Positions 1 through 7,039 of a stretch of 21,111 nucleotides of DNA are shown one piece after another. A program made the translations under genes and the position numbers. Location: contig CAZFJM010000002.1 of the NCBI GenBank assembly GCA_964519415.1, positions 30,762 through 51,872 of the forward strand, given 5' to 3'. Under the pieces are notes generated by a model. It was not told where the DNA came from and searched no databases. It saw only the letters and a program-made list of their open reading frames with translations. The stretch is from Candidatus Woesearchaeota archaeon (lineage in GTDB: Archaea; Nanobdellota; Nanobdellia; Pacearchaeales; GW2011-AR1). The first letter of the stretch is position 1; each line of letters begins with the position of its first letter.

Positions 1-327
1 CTTGGAGCAAAACCATACTACACTAATTCAACACAATTACCTGTAAAGCACACTCCAGACATTTTTGAAGCACTTAATTTACAAGACGCTCTTCAATGTA
101 AATACACTGGCGGAACAGTATTCCACGGTTATATTGGTGAAAAAATCTCTCCTGAAATGGTTAAAGAATTAGTAAGAAAAATATCAGCAAAATATCACTT
201 ACCTTACTTCACAATTACTCCGACTTTCTCCATCTGTCCAATACACGGATATTTGGCAGGAGAACACGAGTTCTGTCCAAAGTGCGACGAAGAACTCGCT
301 AAAGAGAAAGATCAGAGTAGTAAATAA
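1..327 (+). CDS. nrdD: Class III (anaerobic) ribonucleoside-triphosphate reductase NrdD, C-terminal portion. The 5' end lies outside the window and the ORF stops before the glycyl-radical motif.
   Basis: Frame 1 is open from base 1 and reads LGAKPYYTNSTQLPVKHTPDIFEALNLQDALQCKYTGGTVFHGYIGEKISPEMVKELVRKISAKYHLPYFTITPTFSICPIHGYLAGEHEFCPKCDEELAKEKDQSSK, with stop TAA at 325-327. YYTNS, YTGG..H and PTFSIC..HGY..GEH.CPxC are the conserved C-terminal NrdD blocks. It is absent from the ORF track because it has no start in the window. Confidence 0.85.
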   Translation, partial: LGAKPYYTNSTQLPVKHTPDIFEALNLQDALQCKYTGGTVFHGYIGEKISPEMVKELVRKISAKYHLPYFTITPTFSICPIHGYLAGEHEFCPKCDEELAKEKDQSSK

Positions 328-346
328 AAGAGGAAAAGGAGGTTGA

Positions 347-466
347 ATGGCACAAAGAACTAAATGCGAAATATATTCCAGAGTATGCGGATACATCAGA
401 CCAATCGCACAATGGAATGAAGGTAAAGCAGAAGAATTTAAAGATAGAGTAACTTTCTCTTGCTAA
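347..466 (+). CDS. 39-aa stand-alone ORF encoding the NrdD glycyl-radical motif
   Basis: ATG at 347 in frame 2, preceded by AGGAGG (337-342). Translation is MAQRTKCEIYSRVCGYIRPIAQWNEGKAEEFKDRVTFSC, stop TAA 464-466. RVCGY..P...WN.GK..EF.DR is the canonical NrdD glycyl-radical C-terminus. The ORF is below the size cut-off of the supplied track. Confidence 0.7.
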   Translation: MAQRTKCEIYSRVCGYIRPIAQWNEGKAEEFKDRVTFSC

Positions 467-485
467 ATACAGAATTATTTATTTA

Positions 486-505
486 GCCTCATTTGAGGCA
501 TTTTT
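486..505. terminator. Hairpin plus T-run between convergent genes
   Basis: gcctc-attt-gaggc (486-499) followed by ttttt (501-505). It lies between the end of the nrdD fragments and the 3' end of the minus-strand gene 520..1320. Confidence 0.4.
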
Positions 506-519
506 ATATTTTTTTAAAA

Positions 520-1320
520 TCAAACTTTTCTATAAACTGCAGGACTCCAAAGTCCTTCATTTGCTTTCCTAGCTTTCTTAGTCAAATCCAAATCTACCTT
601 TAAGTTAGATGGTAAAAAATAAGACTCTTCTACTTTTTCATAATAAGGTACATTTAATTTTTTTATAGCAAACTGAGACGGATTTATACTAGGAAGTGAA
701 AACCCTCTAGAATGAACAACATGATAATCTCTAATCTCTTTATGATTTGCAACATAAATCAAACCTCCAGAAGGCAGATTATCTGCAATCCCCCTAAAGA
801 TAGAAGTTATTTCAATATTAGATTGAGATCCGGATTTATTTGAATAAAGAAATACATTAGATAAATAAATCTTTGAAAATCCCTTTTCTTTTTGAGCAAG
901 ATCTAAAATATCTTCAGTATGCTCAACAACCAAATTACCTAATTTATTTCTAATTCTATCAAGACGACCTTCGCTTAAGAAAAACCGATTCCTTAAGTTT
1001 AAAACAGAAAAACCATCCGTGGAAAGATCTTGAAGAGGAATTAATGAAAAATCAGTAGCTTTTACTTCAGTCCCTAAAGCAACAAGATAATCTCTTTCCT
1101 GCAGTGCTTCAATTCTTTTTTTAAAAAAATTTACTTGAGACTTTGTAGAGTCAACTGCTTTAACAAAGCTTGCCATTTCAAGCATAGCCAAAGCCTGATC
1201 ACCAGAACCCGCAACAGCTAAAACCCTATCTTTAGAATTAATATCTAAACCTTCCAAAATTGCATCTAAATACTCATTAGTAGAAGTATATAACAAATTA
1301 TATGTATCTTCCAAGCTCAT
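520..1320 (-). CDS. Rossmann-fold SAM-dependent methyltransferase-like protein (resembles the DUF3419/BtaA-like family); function unknown
   Basis: The track ORF 520..1329 begins at a TTG, so I trimmed it to the ATG at 1320 (MSLEDTYNLL...). A TATA-like atatttaaaa lies about 22 nt upstream on the minus strand. The motif RVLAVAGSGDQALAML...VKAVDSTKSQV resembles the SAM-binding motif I/II region of DUF3419-type proteins. The functional call is weak. Confidence 0.5.
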   Translation of the reverse strand: MSLEDTYNLLYTSTNEYLDAILEGLDINSKDRVLAVAGSGDQALAMLEMASFVKAVDSTKSQVNFFKKRIEALQERDYLVALGTEVKATDFSLIPLQDLSTDGFSVLNLRNRFFLSEGRLDRIRNKLGNLVVEHTEDILDLAQKEKGFSKIYLSNVFLYSNKSGSQSNIEITSIFRGIADNLPSGGLIYVANHKEIRDYHVVHSRGFSLPSINPSQFAIKKLNVPYYEKVEESYFLPSNLKVDLDLTKKARKANEGLWSPAVYRKV

Positions 1321-1430
1321 AAAAAACAAGAAGATAAGTCCATTTTAAATATTATTATTCTATAGTCTATTAAACTATTTTTATACTATATTACACAAAT
1401 CAATATAAACTAATTCTTCCAAACAAAAAT

Positions 1431-2132
1431 ATGAAAATAAAACATCTTGAACCGGCAACATTTGTAGATTATCCTGGAAAAATTTCATGTACTATTTTTC
1501 TTTACGGCTGCCCATTTAGATGCGGATTTTGCTACAACCCTTCTTTAGTATTACAAGAAGAAACAGAAGATAAAAGCCAAGGAGAAATTCTAGATTTTTT
1601 AAAAAAAAGAATTGGCTTAATTGAAGGAGTTTGCTTTACAGGAGGAGAACCCCTAATGAATATTGATGAAGAGTTTTTAGAAAAAGTAAAATCCCTAGGT
1701 TATCTTATAAAAATAGATACTAATGGAAGCTATCCTGAAAAATTGAAAAAACTAATTGAAAAAAAGCTAGTAGATTATATTGCAATGGACATCAAAACAG
1801 ATAAAGAAAATTATCAAGAATTGGTTGGAGCAATAATACCCATGATAAGAATAGAAGAAAGCATAAAAACAATTGCAAACTTTCCAAATTATGAATTTAG
1901 AACTACAATAATTGAAAAAATTCATACAAAAGAAAGAGTAGAAAATATGCTACAATGGGTAAGCAAACTAACAGGTAAAAAAATACAAACCTTCTCCTTA
2001 CAAGGTTTCAAAAATCACGGAGTATTTATAGATAAAAAGTACAATGAAGTATTAAATACTCCAGAGGAATATCTTGAAGAGCTAAAATTAATAACTGAAA
2101 AATATGCAGATAAAGTAAATATAAAATACTAA
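1431..2132 (+). CDS. nrdG: Anaerobic ribonucleotide reductase activating protein (radical SAM)
   Basis: CPFRCGFCYNP is a CX3CX2C radical-SAM cluster motif in the NrdG/PflA-like context (FLYGC.FRC.FC.N). GVCFTGGEPLM is the SAM-binding GGEP motif. The gene lies next to nrdD. Confidence 0.85.
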   Translation: MKIKHLEPATFVDYPGKISCTIFLYGCPFRCGFCYNPSLVLQEETEDKSQGEILDFLKKRIGLIEGVCFTGGEPLMNIDEEFLEKVKSLGYLIKIDTNGSYPEKLKKLIEKKLVDYIAMDIKTDKENYQELVGAIIPMIRIEESIKTIANFPNYEFRTTIIEKIHTKERVENMLQWVSKLTGKKIQTFSLQGFKNHGVFIDKKYNEVLNTPEEYLEELKLITEKYADKVNIKY

Positions 2133-2177
2133 TTCTATCGCCATTATACTTAAAAATCCTAAAATAAAATAAAAACT

Positions 2178-3227
2178 ATGATTATAGGATTAACAGGTAC
2201 AAACGCAGCAGGTAAAGGAACTATTGTAGACTTTCTAAAAGAAAAAAGCTTTGAGCATTTCTCTGTAAGAGGTTATTTAACTGAAAGACTAAAAGCACAA
2301 AACCTACCGATCGATAGACCTCACATGCAAATGCTTGCAAATAATTTAAGAGAAAGTTACGGTCCTTCATTTATAATCGAACAATTATATGAGCAAGCAA
2401 AGGACTCAGAAAATGCAATCATAGAAAGTATTAGATGTCCTGGAGAAATAACAGCATTAAGACAAAGGCCAGAATTTTTATTATTTGGAGTAGATGCAGA
2501 CCCATTAACAAGATATAGAAGATCAATTGAAAGAGCAAGTGAAACAGACAGAAATAAGAGTTATCTAACTTTTCTAACAGAGGAACAAACGGAAAATAAT
2601 AATAAAGAACCATTCAAACAAAATTTAACAAAATGCTTAGAAGAAGCAGACATTTTTGTTTTAAATAATGAAGGAAAAGAAGAGTTTACTAAAAAAATCG
2701 ACGCATATAGTTCTTTTGATTCACAAGGATATTTAACAAGAAGACCGACATGGGATGAAACTTTCATGAGAGAAACATACACATGGGCAGCACGTTCAAC
2801 ATGTCTCAGAAGAAAAGTTGGAGCAGTAATTACAACACCTGAAAACGCGATGGTTTCCCAAGGTTATAACGGTTCTCCGAGAGGTACGCCTAACTGTGTA
2901 GATTTAGGATTCTGTGAAAGACAAAAACAAGGAGTCCCATCAGGTCAAAGACTTGAAACTTGCAGAGCGGTTCATGCTGAACCTAACGCAATAATAAACG
3001 CAGGCTTACAAGGAAAATCCGTAAAAGGAGATATATTATATTGCACAACGTTCCCTTGTCAAATATGCGCTGGAATTATTGTCAATGCAGGAATAAAAGA
3101 AATAATTTATGAAGCAGACTATCCAAACGACCAAGCAAAAAAGACATTTATAGAAGCTGGAATATTAACAAGAAGATTTGAAGGTGTTCGTGCATCTGCA
3201 TTTGACAAACTATTTAGACAAAAATAA
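2178..3227 (+). CDS. Fusion protein: N-terminal P-loop nucleotide/nucleoside kinase-like domain plus C-terminal dCMP deaminase (ComEB/DCTD-type zinc deaminase)
   Basis: Walker A GLTGTNAAGKGT at aa 4-15. The C-terminal half carries TWDETFMRETYTWAARSTCLRRKVGAVI, HAEPNAI and PCQICAGIIVNAGIKEIIY (the HAE...PCxxC zinc-deaminase signature). Confidence 0.85.
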   Translation: MIIGLTGTNAAGKGTIVDFLKEKSFEHFSVRGYLTERLKAQNLPIDRPHMQMLANNLRESYGPSFIIEQLYEQAKDSENAIIESIRCPGEITALRQRPEFLLFGVDADPLTRYRRSIERASETDRNKSYLTFLTEEQTENNNKEPFKQNLTKCLEEADIFVLNNEGKEEFTKKIDAYSSFDSQGYLTRRPTWDETFMRETYTWAARSTCLRRKVGAVITTPENAMVSQGYNGSPRGTPNCVDLGFCERQKQGVPSGQRLETCRAVHAEPNAIINAGLQGKSVKGDILYCTTFPCQICAGIIVNAGIKEIIYEADYPNDQAKKTFIEAGILTRRFEGVRASAFDKLFRQK

Positions 3228-3268
3228 AAAAGAGTAGGTTCTAACACTTATTTTCCCCCCGCATAATC

Positions 3269-3278
3269 TTTATAAATA
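3269..3278 (+). promoter_or_regulatory. TATA-like box of the thioredoxin-like gene (leaderless geometry)
   Basis: tttataaata ends 26 nt upstream of ATG 3305. The same geometry recurs upstream of many ATGs in the window. Confidence 0.45.
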
Positions 3279-3304
3279 GCTTTTCTTAGTCCATTCTAGA
3301 TGAC

Positions 3305-3631
3305 ATGGGCTTTCAAGAGGTTATATCAGAAATAGATGAAACAAATCACGACAAATTCCTAAATAGTAATCTATCGATTCTACATTTTTTTTCCGACTGG
3401 GAAATGGACTGCCTAATGTGTCTACCTATAATTGAAAGCATTGCAGAAGAATTTAATGGCCAAGCACTTTTTGGAAAGGTCAATATTGAAGAAGCAGAAA
3501 ACATTGCAAAAAAACACAAAGTAATGAAAGTTCCAAGCGTATTATTCTTTAAAAATGGTTCATTAGTAGATCGAATGGATAAGATGAATTCCGAAGACAT
3601 TTTACGAAGCAAAATTAGCTGTTTATTATAA
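3305..3631 (+). CDS. Thioredoxin-fold protein with atypical CLMC active site
   Basis: The layout is Trx-like: FFSDWEMDCLMCLPIIESIAEEF ... FGKVNIEEAENIAKKHKVMKVPSVLFFKNGSLVDR, with the cis-Pro context VPS. The CxxC is CLMC rather than WCGPC. Confidence 0.75.
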   Translation: MGFQEVISEIDETNHDKFLNSNLSILHFFSDWEMDCLMCLPIIESIAEEFNGQALFGKVNIEEAENIAKKHKVMKVPSVLFFKNGSLVDRMDKMNSEDILRSKISCLL

Positions 3632-3718
3632 AAACCCCAAATACATTACTTTTTTAAAGGCACATTTCTCTATTTATTTACCAGACGAGATAAGTCAGAA
3701 ATGATGAATCAAAACGAT

Positions 3719-3793
3719 GGCCTCGTAGCTCAGCCTGGTCAGAGTACCGGACTTTTAATCCGGGTGTCGAGGGTTCAAATCCCTTCGGGGTCA
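3719..3793 (+). tRNA. tRNA-Lys (anticodon UUU), no encoded CCA
   Basis: I folded the cloverleaf by hand. Acceptor ggcctcg/cggggtc (2 G-U pairs), D-stem gctc/gagt, anticodon stem ccgga/tccgg with loop cttttaa (anticodon ttt). T-stem gaggg/ccctt with loop ttcaaat, discriminator a at 3793. Confidence 0.9.
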
Positions 3794-3802
3794 TTCATAT
3801 TC

Positions 3803-4006
3803 TTAATATTTTCCCCAACGAATGTCTTTCCAAACTCTTTCATGTATAAAGAATAATAACATCTTCACAATAGTTAAGATTATATTAAATTTTAAAGCTA
3901 AATGAAAATCACCATACACCAAATAAATTGCTAACAAAGTAATTAAAAAAGAAAAACCTTCCCAAACAGCACCCTTTACTAAGCTCCTCTCATAAGTTGA
4001 AGCCAT
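3803..4006 (-). CDS. Small two-TM membrane protein, DUF2061-like
   Basis: The track ORF starts at a TTG (4012), so I trimmed it to ATG 4006. RSLVKGAVWEGF...HERVWKDIRWGK matches my memory of the DUF2061 pattern (RS..K...wR...HER.W....WG). Confidence 0.6.
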   Translation of the reverse strand: MASTYERSLVKGAVWEGFSFLITLLAIYLVYGDFHLALKFNIILTIVKMLLFFIHERVWKDIRWGKY

Positions 4007-4008
4007 AA

Positions 4009-4203
4009 TCAATCTTCTGCCTCATTTATATCTTCAACTTCAGATTCAGCTTTTTCTAATGCAAAAGCAGCCTCAGAAAGCTCTTTCATTTTTTTTGAAT
4101 CCGGATCACATTTCTTTGATTCTTCATTAATTAAATCTTCAGCAATCTTAATATGCTCTTCAGCCAACTCTACTGCCTCTTTGCTAGAAGTTTTTTTCAC
4201 CAT
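4009..4203 (-). CDS. Small acidic helical protein, unknown function
   Basis: I trimmed the ORF to the internal ATG at 4203 (MVKKTSSKEAVELAEEHIKIAEDLINEE...EVEDINEAED). Its stop TGA (4011-4009) lies 2 nt before the ATG of the DUF2061-like gene, so the two are probably co-transcribed. Confidence 0.5.
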   Translation of the reverse strand: MVKKTSSKEAVELAEEHIKIAEDLINEESKKCDPDSKKMKELSEAAFALEKAESEVEDINEAED

Positions 4204-4237
4204 ACAAATAGAAGAATTATATAATTTATAAGAGTTT

Positions 4238-4765
4238 CTAAACCAAATGATTATTAACAATATATTCTACTGCAGCCAAGTCAGTATTATTGTTCAAAAT
4301 TACGCCTTTAATCGTTCTTTCGCCAGAAACACAACTAGGCACTAAAAATCTATTAGAACACATACTACTAGCCATAGCGTCAGCCCTGCCTCTTCCAGAA
4401 AACAAATCATCTAAATCAGACCTCAGCATTATAGGTTCAACTCTTTCTTTTTCTGCTAAAGTAGAAAGACCAGTAACAAATCTTCTAAGCAATAAATCAT
4501 TAATCAAATAATTACGAAAGGAATTTTGTCCATTATAAGTATAGAGACTAACTAATGAAACACTCGAAGAACTATTTGAAGAAAAATTAAACTCATTTAA
4601 ATTTATACCCTTCGTAAGTTTACCATAATAAGGAACTATAGAAAAACCAGCAGAAGGATTATAAAAATTTAATTTACCTTCTTGTTCAACTCGCTGAAAT
4701 CCGGGAAAAGTTTTTAGAAAGTATTCACTAAAATCATTATTTGTTAAAAAACAATTTTCTATCAT
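4238..4765 (-). CDS. Hypothetical protein (175 aa)
   Basis: The track ORF starts at a TTG (4780). ATG 4765 has ttttataaataa about 22 nt upstream on the minus strand. I recognise no motif. Confidence 0.6.
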   Translation of the reverse strand: MIENCFLTNNDFSEYFLKTFPGFQRVEQEGKLNFYNPSAGFSIVPYYGKLTKGINLNEFNFSSNSSSSVSLVSLYTYNGQNSFRNYLINDLLLRRFVTGLSTLAEKERVEPIMLRSDLDDLFSGRGRADAMASSMCSNRFLVPSCVSGERTIKGVILNNNTDLAAVEYIVNNHLV

Positions 4766-4815
4766 CGAAAAAACTCGCAAAAATTATTTATAAAATCTTC
4801 TATTTTGAATAAAAA

Positions 4816-5124
4816 TTATTTATACTCTCTCCAAGTATGTTGACACTTTTTACATCTGTAAAACTTTGTTTCTGGTTCATCACTACTTCTTGTTTGTAAA
4901 GTCCAGAAATATGCCTCTGTATGCTTACAATCTTTACAAACTGCATAAACAGTCGGAAAAGTGTCTACTTCTTTATCTTTAACAACAGAAATTTCCTGAG
5001 CTTCATCTACTTTCTCTTTAATCTTCAAATCTACCTTATCTTTTGTAGAATAGCTACATCTAGCACAACCAAAGTTTTTAGTTTTCTGTATTAGCATACC
5101 ACCACATTTTGGACAAAATTGCAT
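4816..5124 (-). CDS. tfs: Transcription factor S / RNA polymerase subunit M-like (TFIIS-type zinc ribbon)
   Basis: N-terminal zinc ribbon CPKCG...CARC. C-terminal CKDCKHTEAYFWTLQTRSSDEPETKFYRCKKCQHTWREY contains the TFIIS acidic-hairpin motif QTRS.DEP.T.FY.C..C...W. Confidence 0.9.
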   Translation of the reverse strand: MQFCPKCGGMLIQKTKNFGCARCSYSTKDKVDLKIKEKVDEAQEISVVKDKEVDTFPTVYAVCKDCKHTEAYFWTLQTRSSDEPETKFYRCKKCQHTWREYK

Positions 5125-5169
5125 TTTTTAATGTACCTCCGAGACTATTTAAGACTTTCGAAAGAAGAA

Positions 5170-5736
5170 TCAGCAGAACCCTCTCTGACCATCTGGTTTT
5201 CTCCAATCAAAGAAAATTAACTTTATCCAACCAATAGCTGGAATCTTGAAAACTGCTTTACCTACAAGTTGATCTTCAGAAATTGATTTTTCCACAGCTA
5301 ACTGTCCGAAATTGTTATCTCCTTTAGTAGAATAAGTTTCATTTTGAATATTAACGATTCTATGAATAATAGGGTTTGTCTGCCCAGCATTAAAGATAAT
5401 AACATCTCCAACTTTCAAATTTTTAGGACCTAGAACAATTATTATATCTCCTTTAGTAAATCCTTTCTTTAAAACCCAATCAGAAGTATTTTCATATGTT
5501 ATTCCATTTTCAGAATAAATTCTATTTTGCACTATCTGATCCAAATCAAACTGATGATACATAGAGCAAGATTCTACAATAACTAAAGGTAAAGAAGTCC
5601 CAGTAATTAAAGTTAATACTGGAAAGATTATAAATTTAATAACAACTAAAGCAATTAACAGACCAACAATAAAACTAGGCCAAGAATCTTCTTTCAAAAA
5701 AGCATAAAACCTCTTTGCGTTATCTTTAATATCCAT
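5170..5736 (-). CDS. Signal peptidase I, archaeal/Sec11 (S26B) type
   Basis: N-terminal TM segment, then VESCSMYHQF (Ser box), GDIIIV, PIIHRIV (His box) and TKGDNN (conserved GDNN box). Confidence 0.8.
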   Translation of the reverse strand: MDIKDNAKRFYAFLKEDSWPSFIVGLLIALVVIKFIIFPVLTLITGTSLPLVIVESCSMYHQFDLDQIVQNRIYSENGITYENTSDWVLKKGFTKGDIIIVLGPKNLKVGDVIIFNAGQTNPIIHRIVNIQNETYSTKGDNNFGQLAVEKSISEDQLVGKAVFKIPAIGWIKLIFFDWRKPDGQRGFC

Positions 5737-5786
5737 AATAATAAAAGCAAGAAAGAGTTTTTAAACTATACTAACTAATACCTAAC

Positions 5787-5912
5787 ATGGAAAAAGAAAT
5801 GATAGAAGTTCTAAAAGAAATAAGCGAAACTCTTAAAGAAATGAAAAATGAGCTCTCTGAAATTTCTACTGCAATAAGAGAAGTAGATATTATTGAAGAG
5901 GAAGAAGAATGA
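5787..5912 (+). CDS. Possible 41-aa acidic coiled-coil micro-protein, translationally coupled to the next gene
   Basis: MEKEMIEVLKEISETLKEMKNELSEISTAIREVDIIEEEEE. A TATA-like tttttaaa (5758-5765) ends 21 nt upstream of ATG 5787. Its stop TGA (5910-5912) overlaps ATG 5909 of the membrane protein (ATGA). Confidence 0.4.
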   Translation: MEKEMIEVLKEISETLKEMKNELSEISTAIREVDIIEEEEE

Positions 5913-6367
5913 AAGTAAGAGATTTTGCAGGTAGATCTTCAATGCATGTAACCGTTGCAGCAAGACTTTTAGGAATGACTATTACCTTATTTATTTTAAT
6001 ACTTACAGTAAAAGCAGAACTACTAGATTATACTCTTATTGCTTGGCAACTTTCACTTGCTATCCCTTTACTAGTTGCAGCCCTACTAGTAAATACAAAA
6101 ATTATCTCTGAAGATACATTCAACAAATATAGAAATTTCAATTTACTTATGAATACTCTTTCAATAGCCCTTGTTATAAACACTATTGGCCTTTTAATCT
6201 CTAAATATATTTCTCACATAATCGGGATAAGTTATTTTATTCTATTTATAGGCATCTACGGATACTTCTTCTTCAAAGACCTTAAAGAAAGAAAAATTTG
6301 GAATGAAACAATAATAATTCTTATTATTTTATTATTAGGATTACTACCTGCTTTAACTATCTTCTAA
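5909..6367 (+). CDS. Integral membrane protein (about 4 TM), unknown function
   Basis: Four long hydrophobic segments (ITLFILILTV, LAIPLLVAALLV, LSIALVINTIGLLI, IIILIILLLGLLPAL). No recognisable motif. Confidence 0.65.
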   Translation: MKVRDFAGRSSMHVTVAARLLGMTITLFILILTVKAELLDYTLIAWQLSLAIPLLVAALLVNTKIISEDTFNKYRNFNLLMNTLSIALVINTIGLLISKYISHIIGISYFILFIGIYGYFFFKDLKERKIWNETIIILIILLLGLLPALTIF

Positions 6368-6853
6368 AAAATATTTATCTCCAGACTTACAAAAATCAAA
6401 CTCCATACCTAATTCTCTAGCAGTTTCTACCATTGTGTTATAGATATGCATATTCGGATTATGTTCTTTAAGATTAATATAATCTTCTTCTTTTACACCT
6501 AAATTAAATATATGATTCAAAGAACTAGCAACTGCAGAACTTCTACTTATTCCTGCATAACAATGTACTGCTAAATAGTCTAAACGTGGAGCGACATCTC
6601 TAAAATCCCCGATAATCTGCCGAGCATTTGCTTTAGTAAATAATCTTCCACCCAAAGCAATAAACTCAGAGGGAAGTATATCATCAAACTGATAAGAAAA
6701 AATCTCCCTAAAATAATCTTCATGTTCAAGTGCATTTCTATCTTCCAAATCTTCCAAATTACCCCTAGAACCAAAAATTCTAATCATTAAAGTGTCTGCT
6801 CTAGGTCTAAAACGTATCGCATCATTCATAGATAAAACGTTAATTCCTTTCAT
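6353..6853 (-). CDS. Cysteine-based protein tyrosine / dual-specificity phosphatase-like protein
   Basis: HCYAGISRSSAV is the HCX5R(S/T) P-loop signature. A leaderless-type TATA (tttatataattt) lies about 22 nt upstream on the minus strand. Confidence 0.8.
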   Translation of the reverse strand: MKGINVLSMNDAIRFRPRADTLMIRIFGSRGNLEDLEDRNALEHEDYFREIFSYQFDDILPSEFIALGGRLFTKANARQIIGDFRDVAPRLDYLAVHCYAGISRSSAVASSLNHIFNLGVKEEDYINLKEHNPNMHIYNTMVETARELGMEFDFCKSGDKYFLEDS

Positions 6854-6966
6854 ATTAATCTAATGAACTTAAATTATATAAACATAATTAATATACAGAA
6901 TATACTTTAAGATATAAATACTTTTTTTCTCGTCGGAAAAACCATCGATAAAAACCTACCGCAAAG

Positions 6967-6974
6967 TTTATAAA
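6967..6974 (+). promoter_or_regulatory. TATA-like box (aaag-tttataaa) upstream of the Zn-ribbon/AbrB-cdc48 operon
   Basis: gcaaagtttataaaccc has an A-rich BRE-like element followed by tttataaa. It lies 66 nt upstream of ATG 7040. Confidence 0.4.
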
Positions 6975-6988
6975 CCCGTATCTATTCA

Positions 6989-7000
6989 TGTGTATACACA
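6989..7000. promoter_or_regulatory. Perfect 12-bp palindrome tgtgtatacaca, a candidate operator
   Basis: It starts 15 nt downstream of the TATA-like box, about where a transcription start would be expected. It is followed by an (ac)n-rich tract agatacacacacagacag. Confidence 0.35.
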
Positions 7001-7039
7001 AGATACACACACAGACAGTGTTTATCTATAAAACAACAC

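Noticed and set aside
325-349. The nrdD split as a simple sequencing frameshift or a programmed frameshift.
   Set aside because: Not fully excluded, but frame 1 ends in TAA and frame 2 is closed by TGA immediately before the ATG. At least two changes would be needed to fuse the pieces. The gap also carries a consensus AGGAGG followed by ATG. I therefore report it as a real split pending read-level verification.
199-396. 65-aa minus-strand ORF.
   Set aside because: It is antisense to the strongly conserved nrdD coding sequence and to the glycyl-radical ORF. The peptide is low-complexity and hydrophobic, as expected for a shadow ORF in AT-rich DNA.
2431-2782. Two minus-strand ORFs (60 and 73 aa) antisense to the kinase/deaminase gene, considered as a possible AvcI-like antisense regulator.
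   Set aside because: AvcI is a non-coding RNA, so antisense ORFs say nothing about it. I see no promoter or terminator signals for an antisense transcript. The ORFs look like shadow frames of a conserved CDS.
3701-3719. atgatga (C-box-like) just upstream of the tRNA, suggesting a C/D-box sRNA.
   Set aside because: There is no ctga D-box or C'/D' elements at an appropriate distance. The downstream sequence is the tRNA itself.
3346-4511. Minus ORF 3346..3612 (antisense to the thioredoxin-like gene) and plus ORF 4290..4511 (antisense to 4238..4765).
   Set aside because: Both lie entirely inside better-supported genes on the opposite strand and have no motifs.
3719-4800. tRNA-Lys as an integration site of a mobile element.
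   Set aside because: I found no integrase, no direct repeat of the tRNA 3' end, and the flanking genes look ordinary (DUF2061-like, TFS, signal peptidase).
6580-6774. 64-aa minus-strand ORF inside the phosphatase gene.
   Set aside because: It is an alternative frame of the same strand within a gene that has a clear HCX5R motif. Spurious.
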